The notes beneath the pieces are model-generated. The model searched no databases. It was given only the letters and a program-made list of their open reading frames with translations, and was not told where the DNA came from. Shown here piece after piece: positions 18,702-29,242 of a stretch of 64,000 bases of DNA. Location of the stretch: IMG/VR virus record IMGVR_UViG_3300017605_000154, positions 1-64,000 of that record; one strand, 5' to 3'. This stretch comes from a virus. Position numbers and translations under genes: made by a program. Position 1 is the first letter of the stretch, and each line of letters starts with the position of its first letter.

Positions 18702-19976
18702 GTGCCCTGGGAAGTAAGAGCGAACGGCGATCAGTTCTGCGTGTACAAGAAGGGTGAGAACGCAGAGGTTGCATGTCACCCTACTCGCGAAGAGGCAGTT
18801 CGTCAGATGCGAGCTTTGTACGCGAACGAAGGCACGATGAAGCATAGCCTGATCGCGTTCAGCGACAACGTACTTGAAGATGCACCGGGTGAGCCTGAAA
18901 ACGTCAAGTGGCTAAAGGCTTGGCGGTATAGCTCTTGGGAGCATCCCAAGTATGGACTTGTCGAAATCACTCGCGAGCTTGGTCAGGAGTTCAAGACCAA
19001 TTTCGATGAGCGTGTCTTCGGTAGAGAGCATCTCGTCAACTACGAGCATGGTGTCGACCCTGCAAAGGGTTACAAGGCTGCAGGCACCATCATGGATATC
19101 GACCCGCGTGAGGATGGTATCTATTACAAGGTGATGTTCACGCAGCCTGCACTCAAGGAAATCAAGGATGGCGAGTGGAAGTATCTCTCGCCCGAGTACA
19201 AGGATACTTGGACTGATCCGGAAACCAATGCCGATTTCAAGAACGTTCCAATTGATCTGGCATTGACGAACGATCCGTACTTCCGCCAGCAGGCTCCGCT
19301 GAACTTTTCGGAGCATGGCATTGAGTTGGAAGTTATCACGACAGACCCACCGAAGGGAGGAAGTGAAGTGGACGAACTTCTCAAGAAGTTCGCAGACAAG
19401 CTCGGTGTCGAAATCAAGGACGATGCAGATGAGGATTCAATCCTTAAGGCTGCAGAGGAACTGAACAAGACGATTGAGCCTCTGCGCAAGGCAAAGGAAG
19501 AGGGCGCTCGCGCTCGCACATTCCGCGAGGCGTTCCCTGACGAGTACAAGCGGATGAAGAAGCTGGAAGAGACTGCAATCGAGACAGATGCACTCACGTT
19601 TGCAGAGGACTATGCTCGCTTCACCGTGCGTGATGGTGAGAATGCATGGAAGTCCACCTATGGATTCTCGCAGCTTGTCCTTGACAAGATTCAGGACGTT
19701 CATCGGAAGTTCTCGCTCCGCGAGGTTGACGAGAAGGATCTGAAGGAACTTCTTGATCTGATCGGCGACAAGGGCATCGTGGATTACTCGGAGCATGGTA
19801 GCTCTCGCACCATCGAAGGTCGTGTTCGCTCCGAAGATCCGAAGATTGCCTTTAGCGAGGCAGTTCTCGAGATTCAGGAGAAGGATCAGGTTACGTACGA
19901 GGCAGCGATCACTCTGGCTTCAACGAAGTATCCTGAGTTGTACGATGCATACCTGAAGGCCGTTCCCCAGCGGTAA
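18702..19976 (+). CDS. prohead protease/scaffold (Mu I/Z-like)
   Basis: VNYEH...AAG...YLSPEY...ALTNDPY protease motifs; helical C-terminal scaffold; internal AAGGGAGG SD near 19352 suggests a separate scaffold start. Confidence 0.85.
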   Translation: MPWEVRANGDQFCVYKKGENAEVACHPTREEAVRQMRALYANEGTMKHSLIAFSDNVLEDAPGEPENVKWLKAWRYSSWEHPKYGLVEITRELGQEFKTNFDERVFGREHLVNYEHGVDPAKGYKAAGTIMDIDPREDGIYYKVMFTQPALKEIKDGEWKYLSPEYKDTWTDPETNADFKNVPIDLALTNDPYFRQQAPLNFSEHGIELEVITTDPPKGGSEVDELLKKFADKLGVEIKDDADEDSILKAAEELNKTIEPLRKAKEEGARARTFREAFPDEYKRMKKLEETAIETDALTFAEDYARFTVRDGENAWKSTYGFSQLVLDKIQDVHRKFSLREVDEKDLKELLDLIGDKGIVDYSEHGSSRTIEGRVRSEDPKIAFSEAVLEIQEKDQVTYEAAITLASTKYPELYDAYLKAVPQR

Positions 19977-19993
19977 GAGAGGAGGTTGAATAA

Positions 19994-20389
19994 ATGGCTG
20001 ACTCTAACTTCGTTCTCGCTCGCGGCTTCAATGCCGATGCAGCAATTGTCAAGAACCGTGCTGTAAAGAAGGGAACGGCAGCCGAGAGTGTTACTCCCGT
20101 CACTGCCGCAGGCGATGTTGTTCTGGGAATCTCAGCGTTCGATTGCACTGCAGCCGAGATTCTTAAGGGCAAGGGCGCGTCTGTGCAGATGATGGGTGTG
20201 GTCGAAATGGAAGCTTCAGTCGCTCTTGCAGTTGGTGCGCTTGTCGGCATCTCTGCTAATGGTCGAGCGGCTGCGGCCGGTGCAGGTATTCGCACCATTG
20301 GCGTTGTTGTTGGCAACCCGTCAACCAATGCAGGCGACGTGGTCAGTGTCCTTCTGGGCCTGCCCGGTCTGCTTGGCGTCGGCGCATAG
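19994..20389 (+). CDS. capsid cement/decoration protein (DUF2190-like)
   Basis: Small Ala/Gly/Val-rich protein directly before the MCP; GDVVSVLL end. Confidence 0.8.
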   Translation: MADSNFVLARGFNADAAIVKNRAVKKGTAAESVTPVTAAGDVVLGISAFDCTAAEILKGKGASVQMMGVVEMEASVALAVGALVGISANGRAAAAGAGIRTIGVVVGNPSTNAGDVVSVLLGLPGLLGVGA

Positions 20390-20407
20390 GAAGGGAGGTA
20401 AGAGTAG

Positions 20408-21415
20408 ATGTACGATCCTAGCGCACTTTACACCGATCCGATTCTTACCAACCTTTCGGTAGGGTTCAAGGATCAGTCCCTCTATGGCGCGGAGCTTTTC
20501 CCGATCACTCCGGTCAATACTCAGTCCGGTCGATATCGCGTTTTCGATCGTTCGGATTGGGTGATCTTTGAGGATCGCCGTGAACCGGGCGACGTTGCGC
20601 GTGAAGTTCGTGGTCGGAAGTGGAGTGAGGACACGTTCCGCACTTCCGAGCATTCGCTTCAGGGTGCAGTTAACGACGAAGAGAACCAGCAGCTTAATTC
20701 GCAGGGTGGTCTTGCGAACGCTGCATTCGGCGGCGCACTTCAGATCGACCCACATGCGGATCAGACGAAGCTTCTTACCCGTGCGATTCTTCTCAAGCAT
20801 GAGTTGAAGGTTTCGACACTGATTCGCGACACTGCTCAGTATCCGGTTGGCAACACAGTTACACTTGCCGGTGCGCAGAATTGGGACGATTACACGGGTG
20901 GCGTTGCTTCCACGTCGAATCCGGTCAATGACATTCTGGTGGGCATGCGGAAGGTTTACAGCCTTACGCGGCGTTACCCGAATGTTCTCGCGATCCCGAC
21001 GATGGGAATGTCCTACATCGAGAACCATCCTCGCATCATCGATCGGTTCAAGAACTTCAGGCTCACGCAGGATGATGCATTCCGCCTGCTTACGGGCTTC
21101 GAAGGTAGGATCATCAACGTCGACTCCGTGTACAACTCGGCAAACAACATCGATGCAACGCCTTCTATCACGGACTTTTGGGGGAAGGACGTTTGGCTTG
21201 GGATCGTTGATCCTAACCCTGGCCTTCTCACCATGACGTTCGGGAAGACGTTTGCACAGTCGTATCCGAATGGTGGAATTCGGCCTACGGATCGTTGGCG
21301 CGAAGAGGATCGTAAGGCAGATGTGATTCGCGTTTCGATGAAGTACGATCTGAAGATCGTCTCGAACGTCGCAGGCTATCTCATCAAGACGGCGTTCTCG
21401 GCTGGCGCTTTCTAA
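20408..21415 (+). CDS. major capsid protein
   Basis: DPILTNLSVGF N-terminus and AGYLIK C-terminus typical of this HK97-fold MCP family; size and position. Confidence 0.9.
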   Translation: MYDPSALYTDPILTNLSVGFKDQSLYGAELFPITPVNTQSGRYRVFDRSDWVIFEDRREPGDVAREVRGRKWSEDTFRTSEHSLQGAVNDEENQQLNSQGGLANAAFGGALQIDPHADQTKLLTRAILLKHELKVSTLIRDTAQYPVGNTVTLAGAQNWDDYTGGVASTSNPVNDILVGMRKVYSLTRRYPNVLAIPTMGMSYIENHPRIIDRFKNFRLTQDDAFRLLTGFEGRIINVDSVYNSANNIDATPSITDFWGKDVWLGIVDPNPGLLTMTFGKTFAQSYPNGGIRPTDRWREEDRKADVIRVSMKYDLKIVSNVAGYLIKTAFSAGAF

Positions 21416-21434
21416 ACAGAGAGGATTGAGATAG

Positions 21435-21785
21435 ATGGCATCAGGAACGTATTACGCTTGGAGTCCGATCAGGGCAGGCACGGCTGAAAAGCCTGTCGCC
21501 ATTGATCGTGGCGACAAGGTTACAAAGGACGCACTCGGCGTTGACGACGCCAATTGGGCAGCACTTATCGAATCTGGTGCTGTTCGCGACAAGGAGTTTC
21601 CTGCAGATAAGGATTACGAAGGTTCGGTAATCGACTACCTTCGTGACAAGCTGCAGGAGGCTCAGGCAATGTCTGGTGCTGTAGAGGAAGAGGAAGCGGC
21701 TTCGCAGCTTTCAGCGGTTGCTGCAGCCGCAGAGCCTTCCGTGGCACCAGAGCCGTCGTCGTCGTCCTCGTCGGGTAAGAAGTAG
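21435..21785 (+). CDS. hypothetical head-associated protein
   Basis: SD, position after the MCP. Confidence 0.7.
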   Translation: MASGTYYAWSPIRAGTAEKPVAIDRGDKVTKDALGVDDANWAALIESGAVRDKEFPADKDYEGSVIDYLRDKLQEAQAMSGAVEEEEAASQLSAVAAAAEPSVAPEPSSSSSSGKK

Positions 21786-21793
21786 GTTGTGTT

Positions 21794-22231
21794 GTGCTAG
21801 CGAGTATTGACGACATCAACACCTTTCTGCCGCAGGACAAGCTTTCTGCAACAGACGGGAACGAGGAGATTGCTCGTCATCAAATCGACGTTGATCGTGT
21901 AATCAAAGGGTACTTGTCTAGCACGTATACAGCCGCAATCCTCGCTGCATGGGTCGACCCCGATGATACACCACCATTCATTAGGAGCATCGCGGGTCGG
22001 CTCATCGCAGCGTGGCATTATGCAAGAAAGCTTTCCGAGAATCTTCCAGATTGGGATAGGACATATCCACAAAGGCTGTACGATGAAGCGATGGCAATGT
22101 TGCTTCGTGTGCAAGAGGGCGACGTCGATCTAGGTATTCCTGGCGAAACACCGGGAACTGGTTTCAGCGAAGACTTCTTCTATCCCAACAAGAATACTGA
22201 GCCTGTCTTCACAATGGACATGCGCTTCTAA
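21794..22231 (+). CDS. head-tail adaptor (Mu gp36/DUF1320-like)
   Basis: VDRVIKGYL...YDEAMAMLLRVQEGDVDL. Confidence 0.75.
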   Translation: MLASIDDINTFLPQDKLSATDGNEEIARHQIDVDRVIKGYLSSTYTAAILAAWVDPDDTPPFIRSIAGRLIAAWHYARKLSENLPDWDRTYPQRLYDEAMAMLLRVQEGDVDLGIPGETPGTGFSEDFFYPNKNTEPVFTMDMRF

Positions 22232-22827
22232 TGTCGGTCGTCTTCCCGACTACGCGGGTTAATCTCGACTTCGAGTGGGAGAACGATCTTCCCGTCGAGA
22301 TTAACTACAAGCTCGCACAGCTTGAAGGTTATCTGGAAGACACTGAATACCTGATGGAGCGCGCAATGCGCATTCTCCAGCGGGACATGAGGCGCAAGTT
22401 CGAAACTGAAACCGACCCCGATGGTATGCATTGGGAAACACTCGTCAAGCCCGAATCGAACCAGATCGGTATTCTTCGCAGAGGCTCTACAAATGCAGAC
22501 ATGTATCGCGCTGCTATCTCCGATGAAGCTTGGTCGGCCTCTCCTGTGGGGGTCTTCTTCGATTCGGGTGCGATGCCGGACTACTGGATTCACCATGAAC
22601 AGCCTGATGGTGGAGCGCATCGAATTCCAAAGCGTGAGTTCATCGCACCTACAGCGCAAGCTCAGGACGAAATCGAAGTAATGGCTGCAACATGGATGGA
22701 TGCAGGCGTCGAAGCGATTACCGAAGGGTTCTCTGGATTCTCTGGATTCACTGGAGTCTTCAATCCTAAGAGTGGTCGCTTCCATGATCCTTCTACTGGC
22801 AAGTTCGTGAAGGCTCCACTAATCTAG
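22231..22827 (+). CDS. virion morphogenesis/tail completion protein (Mu gpG-like)
   Basis: FETETDPDGMHW...YWIHHE...IPKREFI. Confidence 0.75.
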   Translation: MSVVFPTTRVNLDFEWENDLPVEINYKLAQLEGYLEDTEYLMERAMRILQRDMRRKFETETDPDGMHWETLVKPESNQIGILRRGSTNADMYRAAISDEAWSASPVGVFFDSGAMPDYWIHHEQPDGGAHRIPKREFIAPTAQAQDEIEVMAATWMDAGVEAITEGFSGFSGFTGVFNPKSGRFHDPSTGKFVKAPLI

Positions 22828-22829
22828 GT

Positions 22830-23321
22830 ATGCCGTATTACACGCGACCCGAGGAAGTGCTAGTAGCACTGAAGACTCTCTTCGAAGTCAATGGGCCACT
22901 ACTCGGATTCCGCTACGTTGCAACGCAGGAAGAGAAGCTGATCCCCGAGTATCCTTGTATTCAAATTGCATCAGAGCCACTACTACGCGAGATTCATGGT
23001 ACGTACACTTTCGAAGGTACGTTTGTTTTCGTCTTCTGGATCTACCACGCCAACTTCGAAGTTGGGCATGCTGTACGTACGATCGAAGACATGCAGCTTG
23101 CTACCAAGGTCGTTCAATTCCTCCACAGGCCGGACGTTCGCATGCTACGCGAAGGTGCAACTGCAGAGGGCGATATCGTGACAACCGAAGATAAACTGAT
23201 TTTCAGCTACGTGTCTCTCGAAACTCCCGGTATGGTGCAAGTACAGGCGCGGACTGAAGAAGTTATCACGACGCGGCTTTTGTGGCTAGGCACGTCTCAG
23301 GAAAGATTCGAAAAGGGCTAG
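22830..23321 (+). CDS. probable tail terminator
   Basis: Position and size; IPEYPCIQI. Confidence 0.6.
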   Translation: MPYYTRPEEVLVALKTLFEVNGPLLGFRYVATQEEKLIPEYPCIQIASEPLLREIHGTYTFEGTFVFVFWIYHANFEVGHAVRTIEDMQLATKVVQFLHRPDVRMLREGATAEGDIVTTEDKLIFSYVSLETPGMVQVQARTEEVITTRLLWLGTSQERFEKG

Positions 23322-23329
23322 GAGGCGAG

Positions 23330-23545
23330 ATGAAGGTAGAGCTAAACGACGACTCACTGCCAAAGGGTACAGAGCTTGCAGTAGCTAGCTTGGGTACGCT
23401 AGTAAATGGTAAAGCAGTTGAGTTTGACGACGAGGCAGTAGCGACTTTTGAAGCTGCAACAGGGCAGAAGCTTGCTACCGCATTCAAGGGCAATGCGAAT
23501 GTTTCTGTTAGTGGGAGTTCTTCAAAGAAGGAAGGGGGTGAGTAA
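23330..23545 (+). CDS. small hypothetical protein before the tail tube
   Basis: AGGAGG SD, start MKVEL. Confidence 0.7.
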   Translation: MKVELNDDSLPKGTELAVASLGTLVNGKAVEFDDEAVATFEAATGQKLATAFKGNANVSVSGSSSKKEGGE

Positions 23546-24531
23546 TGCCGGCTGGATTGTCAGGCGCAGGTTGGATGGGGCTGGCCCTTGAAACTGTAAA
23601 GGGTACATTTGTCCCTGCCACAGTGTTCATTCCTATTCTGTCGGAGAGTTTCAAGTATACCGAAGATCGGTATTTCTCGCCGCAGATTAGGCAGCAGGTG
23701 ATGACCTCCGATGTGGCGCAGGGCTTCTATCACATCGAAGGCGACATCGAGATGGAGGCAGACGTAAATTATCTGCCGTATCTGCTGTACTGCACACGGC
23801 ACAATATCTCATTCGCTACTGGCGTGTATACGTTCACTCCCTCTTCAGCGGGGGCAACTTCGACTGCAGCTTCGGGTGCAGTTGAGAGAACCGCATCGAT
23901 CACCATTGTCCGCAACGGGATCGGCTTTGGCTATTCGGGCTGCACACTTGGATCACTAGGCTTCTTCATCGACACTGGTGTTCTCAAGTTCCGCATGACG
24001 ATGTTTGGCGAGAAGGATAACGTTGTTGCCTCGCCGCCTACTCCAACGTGGCTTGCACCTTCTCTGTTCGGTGCTTCAGCACATTCGGTGTACGTGGACA
24101 CTTCGGGTACTTCACCTGCATTTGCAACGCCCGATGTGAACTTCAACGGATTCGAGTTTACGGCGAATCACAATCCTAGTGCGGAGAACCGACTCGTCAA
24201 TAGTCGTGGTGCTACGTACATCATGCGCCATGAAACAGAAATCAACGTCACTACCGAACTCGACTTCACGAACAAGACAGAGTACGACCTCTTCGTCGCA
24301 ACAACGCAGAAGGCGTTCCGACTTGAAAGTCTGAAGGGAGGGGCGACGTTCGCAACTGCTACGGAAGCTGTGAGCATTGACATCAACAGAGGCGTTTACG
24401 AGACTTACGATGTTGGCCTCTCCGGACTCGCAGACCTCATCATGGCCGGTGTCACAATTCGTGGCATTGGTATTACTGGTGGTAACGCTTACCGGATTCG
24501 CGTTAAGGCACCCAGCGTTACTATCGCGTAG
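23545..24531 (+). CDS. major tail (tube) protein
   Basis: GLALETVKGT N-terminus, YSGCTLGSL; position before chaperone and TMP. Confidence 0.85.
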   Translation: MPAGLSGAGWMGLALETVKGTFVPATVFIPILSESFKYTEDRYFSPQIRQQVMTSDVAQGFYHIEGDIEMEADVNYLPYLLYCTRHNISFATGVYTFTPSSAGATSTAASGAVERTASITIVRNGIGFGYSGCTLGSLGFFIDTGVLKFRMTMFGEKDNVVASPPTPTWLAPSLFGASAHSVYVDTSGTSPAFATPDVNFNGFEFTANHNPSAENRLVNSRGATYIMRHETEINVTTELDFTNKTEYDLFVATTQKAFRLESLKGGATFATATEAVSIDINRGVYETYDVGLSGLADLIMAGVTIRGIGITGGNAYRIRVKAPSVTIA

Positions 24532-24559
24532 TCGTAGTATCTACAACAGGAGAAATGGT

Positions 24560-25003
24560 ATGCCAGTCGCAACACGAAAGATCGAGACAGAGAAGCATGA
24601 TCTAAAGACGTTGCCAGGAGCATGGGTCGAACTGCGTCAGCTTTCATATGATGAGATGCTTGAGCGTCGCGACGGCGCAACGCAGATCCTCATGGAGCGT
24701 GGGATTAAGAATACTGATTCGCAGCAGATGAACGTCAAGGTTCTGAACCGCTGGTCGAATCAGTATTCTTTCCCACGTTGCATCGTTGACCACAACCTAA
24801 CGGACGAACAGAATATTCCGCTCGACTTCAACAAGCCCGAGCGAGTGTTCCCAATGCTCGATCCGCGAGTCGGTGCAGAAATCGAAGCACTGATTGATAA
24901 GCTCAATCAGGAGGACGACGTCGAAGAGGATTTTACCCCTGCGCCCGACTCCTCATTGCCGGATGGACCGACCTCGCCCTCGAACGATTCGGAAGCGAAC
25001 TAG
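24560..25003 (+). CDS. tail assembly chaperone (gpG-like)
   Basis: CAACAGGAG SD; IVDHNLTD motif; lies between tube and TMP. Confidence 0.8.
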   Translation: MPVATRKIETEKHDLKTLPGAWVELRQLSYDEMLERRDGATQILMERGIKNTDSQQMNVKVLNRWSNQYSFPRCIVDHNLTDEQNIPLDFNKPERVFPMLDPRVGAEIEALIDKLNQEDDVEEDFTPAPDSSLPDGPTSPSNDSEAN

Positions 25004-25224
25004 TTCTAGAAGTCCAACGATGGATACGCATTACCCGGCTAGCGGCACATATGCATGTCTTGCCGCTAGCCGGAGGACTTTTCGACCAGCCTGCAAGTTG
25101 GATCGTGCGCATGGAAGCTGTGTTACGCGCAGACTCGGAGCAATCAAGTGGTGCAGCGCAGGACAACAAAGCAGAAGCAGAGCGTAGGCTAGAGGAGAGA
25201 ATGCGTGGCGTTCGGCCGCAGTGA
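24928..25224 (+). CDS. -1 frameshift extension of the chaperone (gpGT-like), slippery GGATTTT at 24928-24934
   Basis: -1 frame open from the slippery site to TGA 25222-25224, encoding ...HVLPLAGGLFDQPASW... Confidence 0.75.
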   Translation, partial: GFYPCARLLIAGWTDLALERFGSELVLEVQRWIRITRLAAHMHVLPLAGGLFDQPASWIVRMEAVLRADSEQSSGAAQDNKAEAERRLEERMRGVRPQ

Positions 25225-28200
25225 ACTCCGTCTTATCCTAGGCGTTCAAGCCTATGGTACTAGCAATCTTGCGCGACTGCGTAGAGATATCACATCTCTA
25301 GGCCGTACTGTCGATCTTGCGAATGCTAACCAGTCCCGCGTAGCAGCGGAGGCTGTAAGGTCGATGGAGAAGGGCGAAACTCTCCGCCGTAGTATCGCCG
25401 CTAGGGAAGCAAGCATTGCGCGGCGAACTACGGCGGCGCAGGATGCAAGAACTGCAGGATTGGCAAAAGCGGAGCGAACGCGCGGGAGACTGATAACTCG
25501 CGGGCAGCAGCTTGAAGCGCAGGCTGCAGCAAAGCGTATGCAGATTGCCAACACGGAAGCTGCGATTACAAAGGGCACCACAGGGAGTGCTGCGTTGCGT
25601 AATCAAGTCTCTCGCATGGGACTTGAGAACCAGACAATGCGAATTGCTGATCGTCGCATCTCGCTCGCAGAAAAGGAACTTGGTCTGCAGCGCAGTATTC
25701 GTAACACTCGCGCTAGAACCATCGACCTCGAAAGACAGCTAGGAAAGCTGGGCGCTAACGATGCGCAGATTTCACGCTGGCGTCAAGCTAACGCAAACCT
25801 CGGAAACATGGGGGCTCGCCTTAGGCCCATTGTTCTCCGGTTGCAGGCTGCAGATATCAATGCGGCGAAGCTGCAAAGTGAGCTAGTTGGCCTAGCAGAC
25901 GAAGCGCGGATTCTCGATGCTGAGACTGCGAAGTTGAATCTGAATGAACAGAAGGTCTTAGCGACGATCAATGAGCAAGTTGGTGCGATGGGCAGGTTGG
26001 ACGAACTGCTCAAGGTACAGAATACCCAGCTTGCCGCTATCGAAGCTAGAGAATCTGCAATCGCTGGGGAGTTACGGCTGATCCAGGCTGAAGAAGGTCG
26101 TATTAATGGGCTGCATGCAAGCCGCATAGCCGAGCTACATGTTGAGCGCGAACTACTTGAGGGCGAGAAGCTCGCCCTCGTAGAGCAAGAAGCCATCCTG
26201 CAGAGATTGCTTGGGCAGGAGATGGCTCGCGCTGCAGCGATGGACAAGCAAGCGGTGGCAGCCGAACGCGCTATGAAGCGCGAGGTTGCAGGTCGCACAC
26301 TTGCGCACGGTGGTCGTGCCGCACAGTTCACAGGATTGATTGGTACTGCCGTCTTCGCTGCGACTGCGAATGCCGCTGCAGACATGAGTCGCAAGACCGC
26401 TCTAGCAGGAACGCAGATGCGCGATGTCGGCGGAAGCTTCCAGCAGGCCGCAGTTAGAGGTAGGGAATTGCAGCAAGTCATTCTTCACATGATGGAGAGA
26501 TTCCCTGCAGATGCGGCCGAGATGTCAGATTCGGCTTACGAGATTTTCTCATCGATGAACCTCGTCCGTGATGGCGTTGTCGATGTGACAAAGGGCTATC
26601 AGCTTATGGCGACTGCGAACAAGGTTGCGGTTGCCGGACAAGTTGATCTAGAGGAAGCAACGAGCGCGATGATCGTCACGCTCAACAACTTCAATCCTGC
26701 TCTGCGCAACGTCCACGGTACGATGAATCAGGTGTTTGCAATCGTCCGCTTCGGACAGATGCGATTGAGCGACTTTGCGGCAGCGATGGTTCCTCTCGCG
26801 CCGGTTGCGAAGACTGCAGGCTTGGGCCTTGAAGATGTCGGCGCTGCACTTGCAAGCTTGACGATTCTCTTCAAGAGTCCACAGCAGGCCGCTCAGGGTC
26901 TTGCTCGCGCTATCGAACTTTTCCAGCTTGCTCCCTTCGAACAGGGCTTCCATAAGCTAGGCATCGAAGTCTACGATGCAGGCCACAAGATGCGTCCGCT
27001 GCACGATATCCTCACGGATATTTCGAAGCGATTCCCGGAAGTGGCAACTGGTCAAAGGTCGATCATCAACTTGCTTACGAGTGTGTCGAAGGCTAGCGGT
27101 CTAACGAAGGCTGGCATCCAGGGCACAGTGCAGGCACGTCGTGCGCTTGGTGGCTTGCTTACCACCATGCAGCTTTACGACAACATTCTCAAGAATATTC
27201 ACGGCGATCAGAACGAGTTCAATGATGCCTTCGATGCGATGAAGGATACACCCGGTGTGCAGTGGGCGATCTTCGTCAATCAGATGAAGGCATTCGCGCT
27301 CACTGTGGGGCAGGCAGCATTGCCCGTCATGTTGCGAGTTGGGCAGTGGCTCGTCAATGCCGCACATTGGATCGAAGATATGATTAAGCGCACTGATGGT
27401 GCCGCCGTAAAGTGGGCAGCATTCGGCTCAGTGCTATTGCTCGTCGGCGGTACTCTCCTCAACATCGCAGGCAGCTTGATCGCGCTTACTGCAAACCTTC
27501 GACTCGCAACAATGTCCTTCGGCGCGATGGGCGGCTCTGCAGCTAAGGCAGGCATCGCAGTTCGACTACTCGGCGCAGGCTTGTCTGTTTTGGCTGGTAT
27601 TGGCGTTATCTCAATACCGATCGTAATGCAGCTTGTTAAGGGCGGCGAGCCTGGATTGTGGGACTTCCTTGGTGCCGCGCTAGCAGGTGCAGCAGGTGGC
27701 GCAATGATCGGCTCTGCAATCGCTCCTGGCGTCGGTACAGCAATAGGCGCAGCCGCCGGTGGAATCGTGTTGCCTATTACGGTCAAGATCATCTCCGAGC
27801 TACAGAAGCCGGAAACCAACAAGGTTGCCAAGGATGCACACAAGTTGTTTATGAAGCAACTGCGTGATGCTGGCAGTCGTCGGGAAGAAGATGCAGTTTC
27901 AAGGCGATGGGGCCTAGACCCAAATGGAAATTTCTTCAAGCTGGAGGATTTCGAAAAGGCTTGGAGAGCATCCCTTAAGAAGTTCAAGGTTCCTACTATC
28001 GGTGAAGATGTCGCAGGTCGTCCTGGCGGGCCACGCGGTAAGAACATCAAGAAGTCGAAGACGCTGCTAGATCAGTACCAGGACTACGTGAAGCAATTCA
28101 CGAAGGCCCAGCTTGACGCACAAAATACCTACTTGGATTCTTTGAGCGCAGGCGACACCAAGGGTGATCGTGCTGCCTCACTTGCCAAGAAGCATGCGCA

Positions 28201-29242
28201 GATCGTATCCGACGCATTCAAGCAGATGCAGCAGGAAGTAGAGCAAGACGTTGACAAGCTCGGTGGTGTCTACGATAAGTTTCTGCAGATGAACCAAGCT
28301 GCATTCGGAGAAGTCTTCCAGGGGCCAGTGCTTAGTGGTTTCATGGGGCAAATCTTTAGCAGCATCAATGATCTACTGATGCAGTTCGGGCAGAGCATCC
28401 CGGTGCCTATTCAGATCATCCAGAACGACCTCGATGTGCAGATGAAGAACTTTGCCAAGTTGCGCGATGGATACGCAGCACTGGTAAAGAAGGGCGTTCC
28501 TCCCGAGGTTGTTTCACAGATTCAACAGATGGGTATGGCCGGCTTGCCGTTCATCCAGGGCTTGCTAAATGCAAGTGGGCCACAGTTCCAGAAGTGGCTT
28601 GCAAGCATGAAGAAGAGTCATGGTGACATCGTCAAGGCTACCGAAATTGATTTCGACGCACAGCTTGCGCAATGGAAGAAGTATGGCTCGGACATCGCGA
28701 CCAAGATGATCGACGGACTTTCATCGGACGCTGCTCAGGCAACAATCAAGGGTGGGTTCGACAAGTACGTTATGCAGGTCTTCGGCAAGACTCTCAGGGA
28801 CAACATGGCGAAGACGATTGCAACGAACATGCAAGCCGCGATGGAAGAAGCTGCCGCAGCTAACGCAGCGAAGGATAAAGAGAAGGGCTTGACCAAAGCG
28901 CAGATCAAGGCTGCAAGAGAGGCTGCAACGAAGGCACTAGCTGGGGGGCCGAAGGGCAAGCCACAGCCGACGGTAGTCGACAAGGCTGGTAAGGCTGGCA
29001 CAACTGCCGCTACACGCCAGTTCCCCGGTAGTGGCGGCATATCGCCTGGGGGCACGATGCCGAAGACCTTCGGCGGTTTCGTCTCGACCTTGCCTAGCTC
29101 CGCTATTACGCAACCGCACACCGTTGTCAACAATCAAGGTGACTCTATCGTCATCCATGCTGATGGCGTTCACCCGAATAATCTTACGAGGGCAATGAAT
29201 AAGAGTGCCTTCAAGAATCGCAACAAAAGACGTGGTCGCTGA
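25205..29242 (+). CDS. tape measure protein
   Basis: 1345 aa, coiled-coil N-terminus, TP901-like core (AAEMSDSAYEIFSS), hydrophobic Gly/Ala segment. Confidence 0.92.
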   Translation: MAFGRSELRLILGVQAYGTSNLARLRRDITSLGRTVDLANANQSRVAAEAVRSMEKGETLRRSIAAREASIARRTTAAQDARTAGLAKAERTRGRLITRGQQLEAQAAAKRMQIANTEAAITKGTTGSAALRNQVSRMGLENQTMRIADRRISLAEKELGLQRSIRNTRARTIDLERQLGKLGANDAQISRWRQANANLGNMGARLRPIVLRLQAADINAAKLQSELVGLADEARILDAETAKLNLNEQKVLATINEQVGAMGRLDELLKVQNTQLAAIEARESAIAGELRLIQAEEGRINGLHASRIAELHVERELLEGEKLALVEQEAILQRLLGQEMARAAAMDKQAVAAERAMKREVAGRTLAHGGRAAQFTGLIGTAVFAATANAAADMSRKTALAGTQMRDVGGSFQQAAVRGRELQQVILHMMERFPADAAEMSDSAYEIFSSMNLVRDGVVDVTKGYQLMATANKVAVAGQVDLEEATSAMIVTLNNFNPALRNVHGTMNQVFAIVRFGQMRLSDFAAAMVPLAPVAKTAGLGLEDVGAALASLTILFKSPQQAAQGLARAIELFQLAPFEQGFHKLGIEVYDAGHKMRPLHDILTDISKRFPEVATGQRSIINLLTSVSKASGLTKAGIQGTVQARRALGGLLTTMQLYDNILKNIHGDQNEFNDAFDAMKDTPGVQWAIFVNQMKAFALTVGQAALPVMLRVGQWLVNAAHWIEDMIKRTDGAAVKWAAFGSVLLLVGGTLLNIAGSLIALTANLRLATMSFGAMGGSAAKAGIAVRLLGAGLSVLAGIGVISIPIVMQLVKGGEPGLWDFLGAALAGAAGGAMIGSAIAPGVGTAIGAAAGGIVLPITVKIISELQKPETNKVAKDAHKLFMKQLRDAGSRREEDAVSRRWGLDPNGNFFKLEDFEKAWRASLKKFKVPTIGEDVAGRPGGPRGKNIKKSKTLLDQYQDYVKQFTKAQLDAQNTYLDSLSAGDTKGDRAASLAKKHAQIVSDAFKQMQQEVEQDVDKLGGVYDKFLQMNQAAFGEVFQGPVLSGFMGQIFSSINDLLMQFGQSIPVPIQIIQNDLDVQMKNFAKLRDGYAALVKKGVPPEVVSQIQQMGMAGLPFIQGLLNASGPQFQKWLASMKKSHGDIVKATEIDFDAQLAQWKKYGSDIATKMIDGLSSDAAQATIKGGFDKYVMQVFGKTLRDNMAKTIATNMQAAMEEAAAANAAKDKEKGLTKAQIKAAREAATKALAGGPKGKPQPTVVDKAGKAGTTAATRQFPGSGGISPGGTMPKTFGGFVSTLPSSAITQPHTVVNNQGDSIVIHADGVHPNNLTRAMNKSAFKNRNKRRGR

